This document shows positions 62,547 to 64,000 of a DNA stretch of 64,000 bases, one piece after another. The DNA comes from Chiloscyllium plagiosum (lineage: Eukaryota), in contig NC_057718.1 in assembly GCF_004010195.1 (NCBI RefSeq), positions 26,477,688-26,541,687 of the forward strand. The letters run 5' to 3'. A program made the position numbers and the translations under genes. Position 1 is the first letter of the stretch. Each line of letters begins with the position of its first letter. The notes beneath the pieces are model-generated. The model saw only the letters and a list, made by a program, of their open reading frames with translations. It was not told the DNA's origin and made no database searches.

Positions 62547-63624
62547 CCATCTCCCCTTCCAGAGGTCTGAAGCTTTCATTGTATCACTCACAACCTCAAG
62601 CTGCTCAGCTTTCCAAGAGCCAATGAGTTTTGGTCAGGCTGGTGACCTTTGCCACCCACAACTGTTCACAATTCCACAAACCAATCAGCTCCTTGTTCCT
62701 GGCCAAATCTCACTTTGTATACACACTCTGGGCTAAGCTGTCTCTGGTCATATTGCCCATGATTGTGTGCAAAGCAATGACATTAATACGACTTTACAAT
62801 GAATTTTGGTAACCTGTTTTTTAAATGTTCAGTCGGTTCTAATATAATGCGATAGTTCCGTTCTCATACAATCTCAATTTATAAGAAAATCAAGTAATAG
62901 CCGCATCATTTAAACTCATGGGGCCAGAATCGCTTTATAGCCAATACAGGTAAGGGAAAGTTCACATTCTACAAAAAACTGTCTAAATTCTTCAATTGCA
63001 TTAAAGCCAATTTGCATTGAAGAAACATATATTCTAGCAGAACTGCCTTCACAAAATTCCTTGCTCAGTCCTTTGATATAAAACTATTTTTCCCAATTCA
63101 ATCCACCATCAAAAATTAATTTAAATGAAAATATGCTGTTTTTACAATACATATTCTCTGCCTCCCAGCTTATTTCATTGCTACTATGCTGATAATCCAG
63201 TTTATTGGAGGTGTAACTTTTTGATTGCATTTTCTGGATCTTCTACCTTGTTTTTCAGGTTGGACTTTAGGACAATTGAAACTCTTTTCAGCAGGTGCTA
63301 AGTTGGTTTCACACTGTCATTTATTTGGAGGTGATATTCACTTAGAAGTCTCCAACGCCTGTAAAAATGTTTAGTAATCAATGGCCAGGGAACTGATACA
63401 AATCTTTGATAGAACTTGGTGGGTTTTAGCCCAGGCTTTGGAATTGCTTCAGCTGAGATGAGTGCTTTTTCTCTAGAGCTCTAAATCTTCATTCTTCCCA
63501 TTGCTTTGGGCTCTTAACCTCATTTAACCTCCTGGGATGAACATAGTTTCATCATTTACCTTCAGTCTTATCTTCAAGGGCTTAAATTTTGAGTTACCAC
63601 TTTGAACAACTTCAAACTCATGAT

Positions 63625-63790
63625 AAAAACCAAAGGAACTGCAGATACTGTAAATCAGAAACAAAAACAAAATTTGCTGGAAAAGTTCAAGTCTGGCAGC
63701 ATCTGTGAAGAGAAATCAGAGGTAACTTGCTCATTTGACCCTAAATGTTAACTCTGATTTCTCTCCACAGATGCTGCCAGACTTTCTGAC
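63625..63790. mobile_element. Short non-autonomous Penelope-derived repeat with fold-back structure (relatives at ~5320-5410, 25320-25405, 39530-39690, 47920-48010 and 57870-58030)
   Basis: TCTGGCAGCATCTGTGAAGAGAAATCAGAG is the inverse of CTCTGATTTCTCTCCACAGATGCTGCCAGA. The motif recurs across the window. Confidence 0.7.
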
Positions 63791-64000
63791 TCACGATGTT
63801 GCACTGAGGTCAGTGTGACACTTCATATTCACTCAATGTTCTCCTTCTTTTGTCATCATTCTAACAAGCACAAATTATTTATCACTTTTAGACCTGATGC
63901 TGTTGTGTGTCCCATGGCATTATCAGGTGACATCTCTCCAGGCAGCCATCTTTGTAGATCTGCATCACTTCTTTCTAGCTAAATACTTGTCTGAAAAGTC

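Overview
Eukaryotic genomic DNA, probably from a cartilaginous fish. The repeat content (HE1-type V-SINEs, shark CR1 LINEs, Penelope elements) suggests a shark, possibly a bamboo-shark relative; this is inference. The window lies entirely inside a + strand ALK receptor tyrosine kinase gene. Seven GT-AG coding exons, equivalent to human exons 17-23, splice into one open frame covering the end of the glycine-rich domain, the EGF-like domain, the transmembrane and juxtamembrane regions and the kinase N-lobe. The rest is intron, including a 31.8 kb intron 21, filled with nested CR1, RTE, Penelope, Gypsy/LTR, SINE and probable Harbinger remnants. The most notable non-coding signals are: (1) a family of Penelope-borne minimal hammerhead ribozyme motifs, several sense to the ALK pre-mRNA; (2) a ~375 bp near-perfect inverted repeat directly abutting one of them; (3) a single-ORF LINE with a tRNA-SINE-like leader, plus a SINE built from that leader and the LINE tail; (4) several local duplications and inversions. 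No prokaryotic genes, CRISPR array or intact novel ORF system was found. Two assembly gaps are present.
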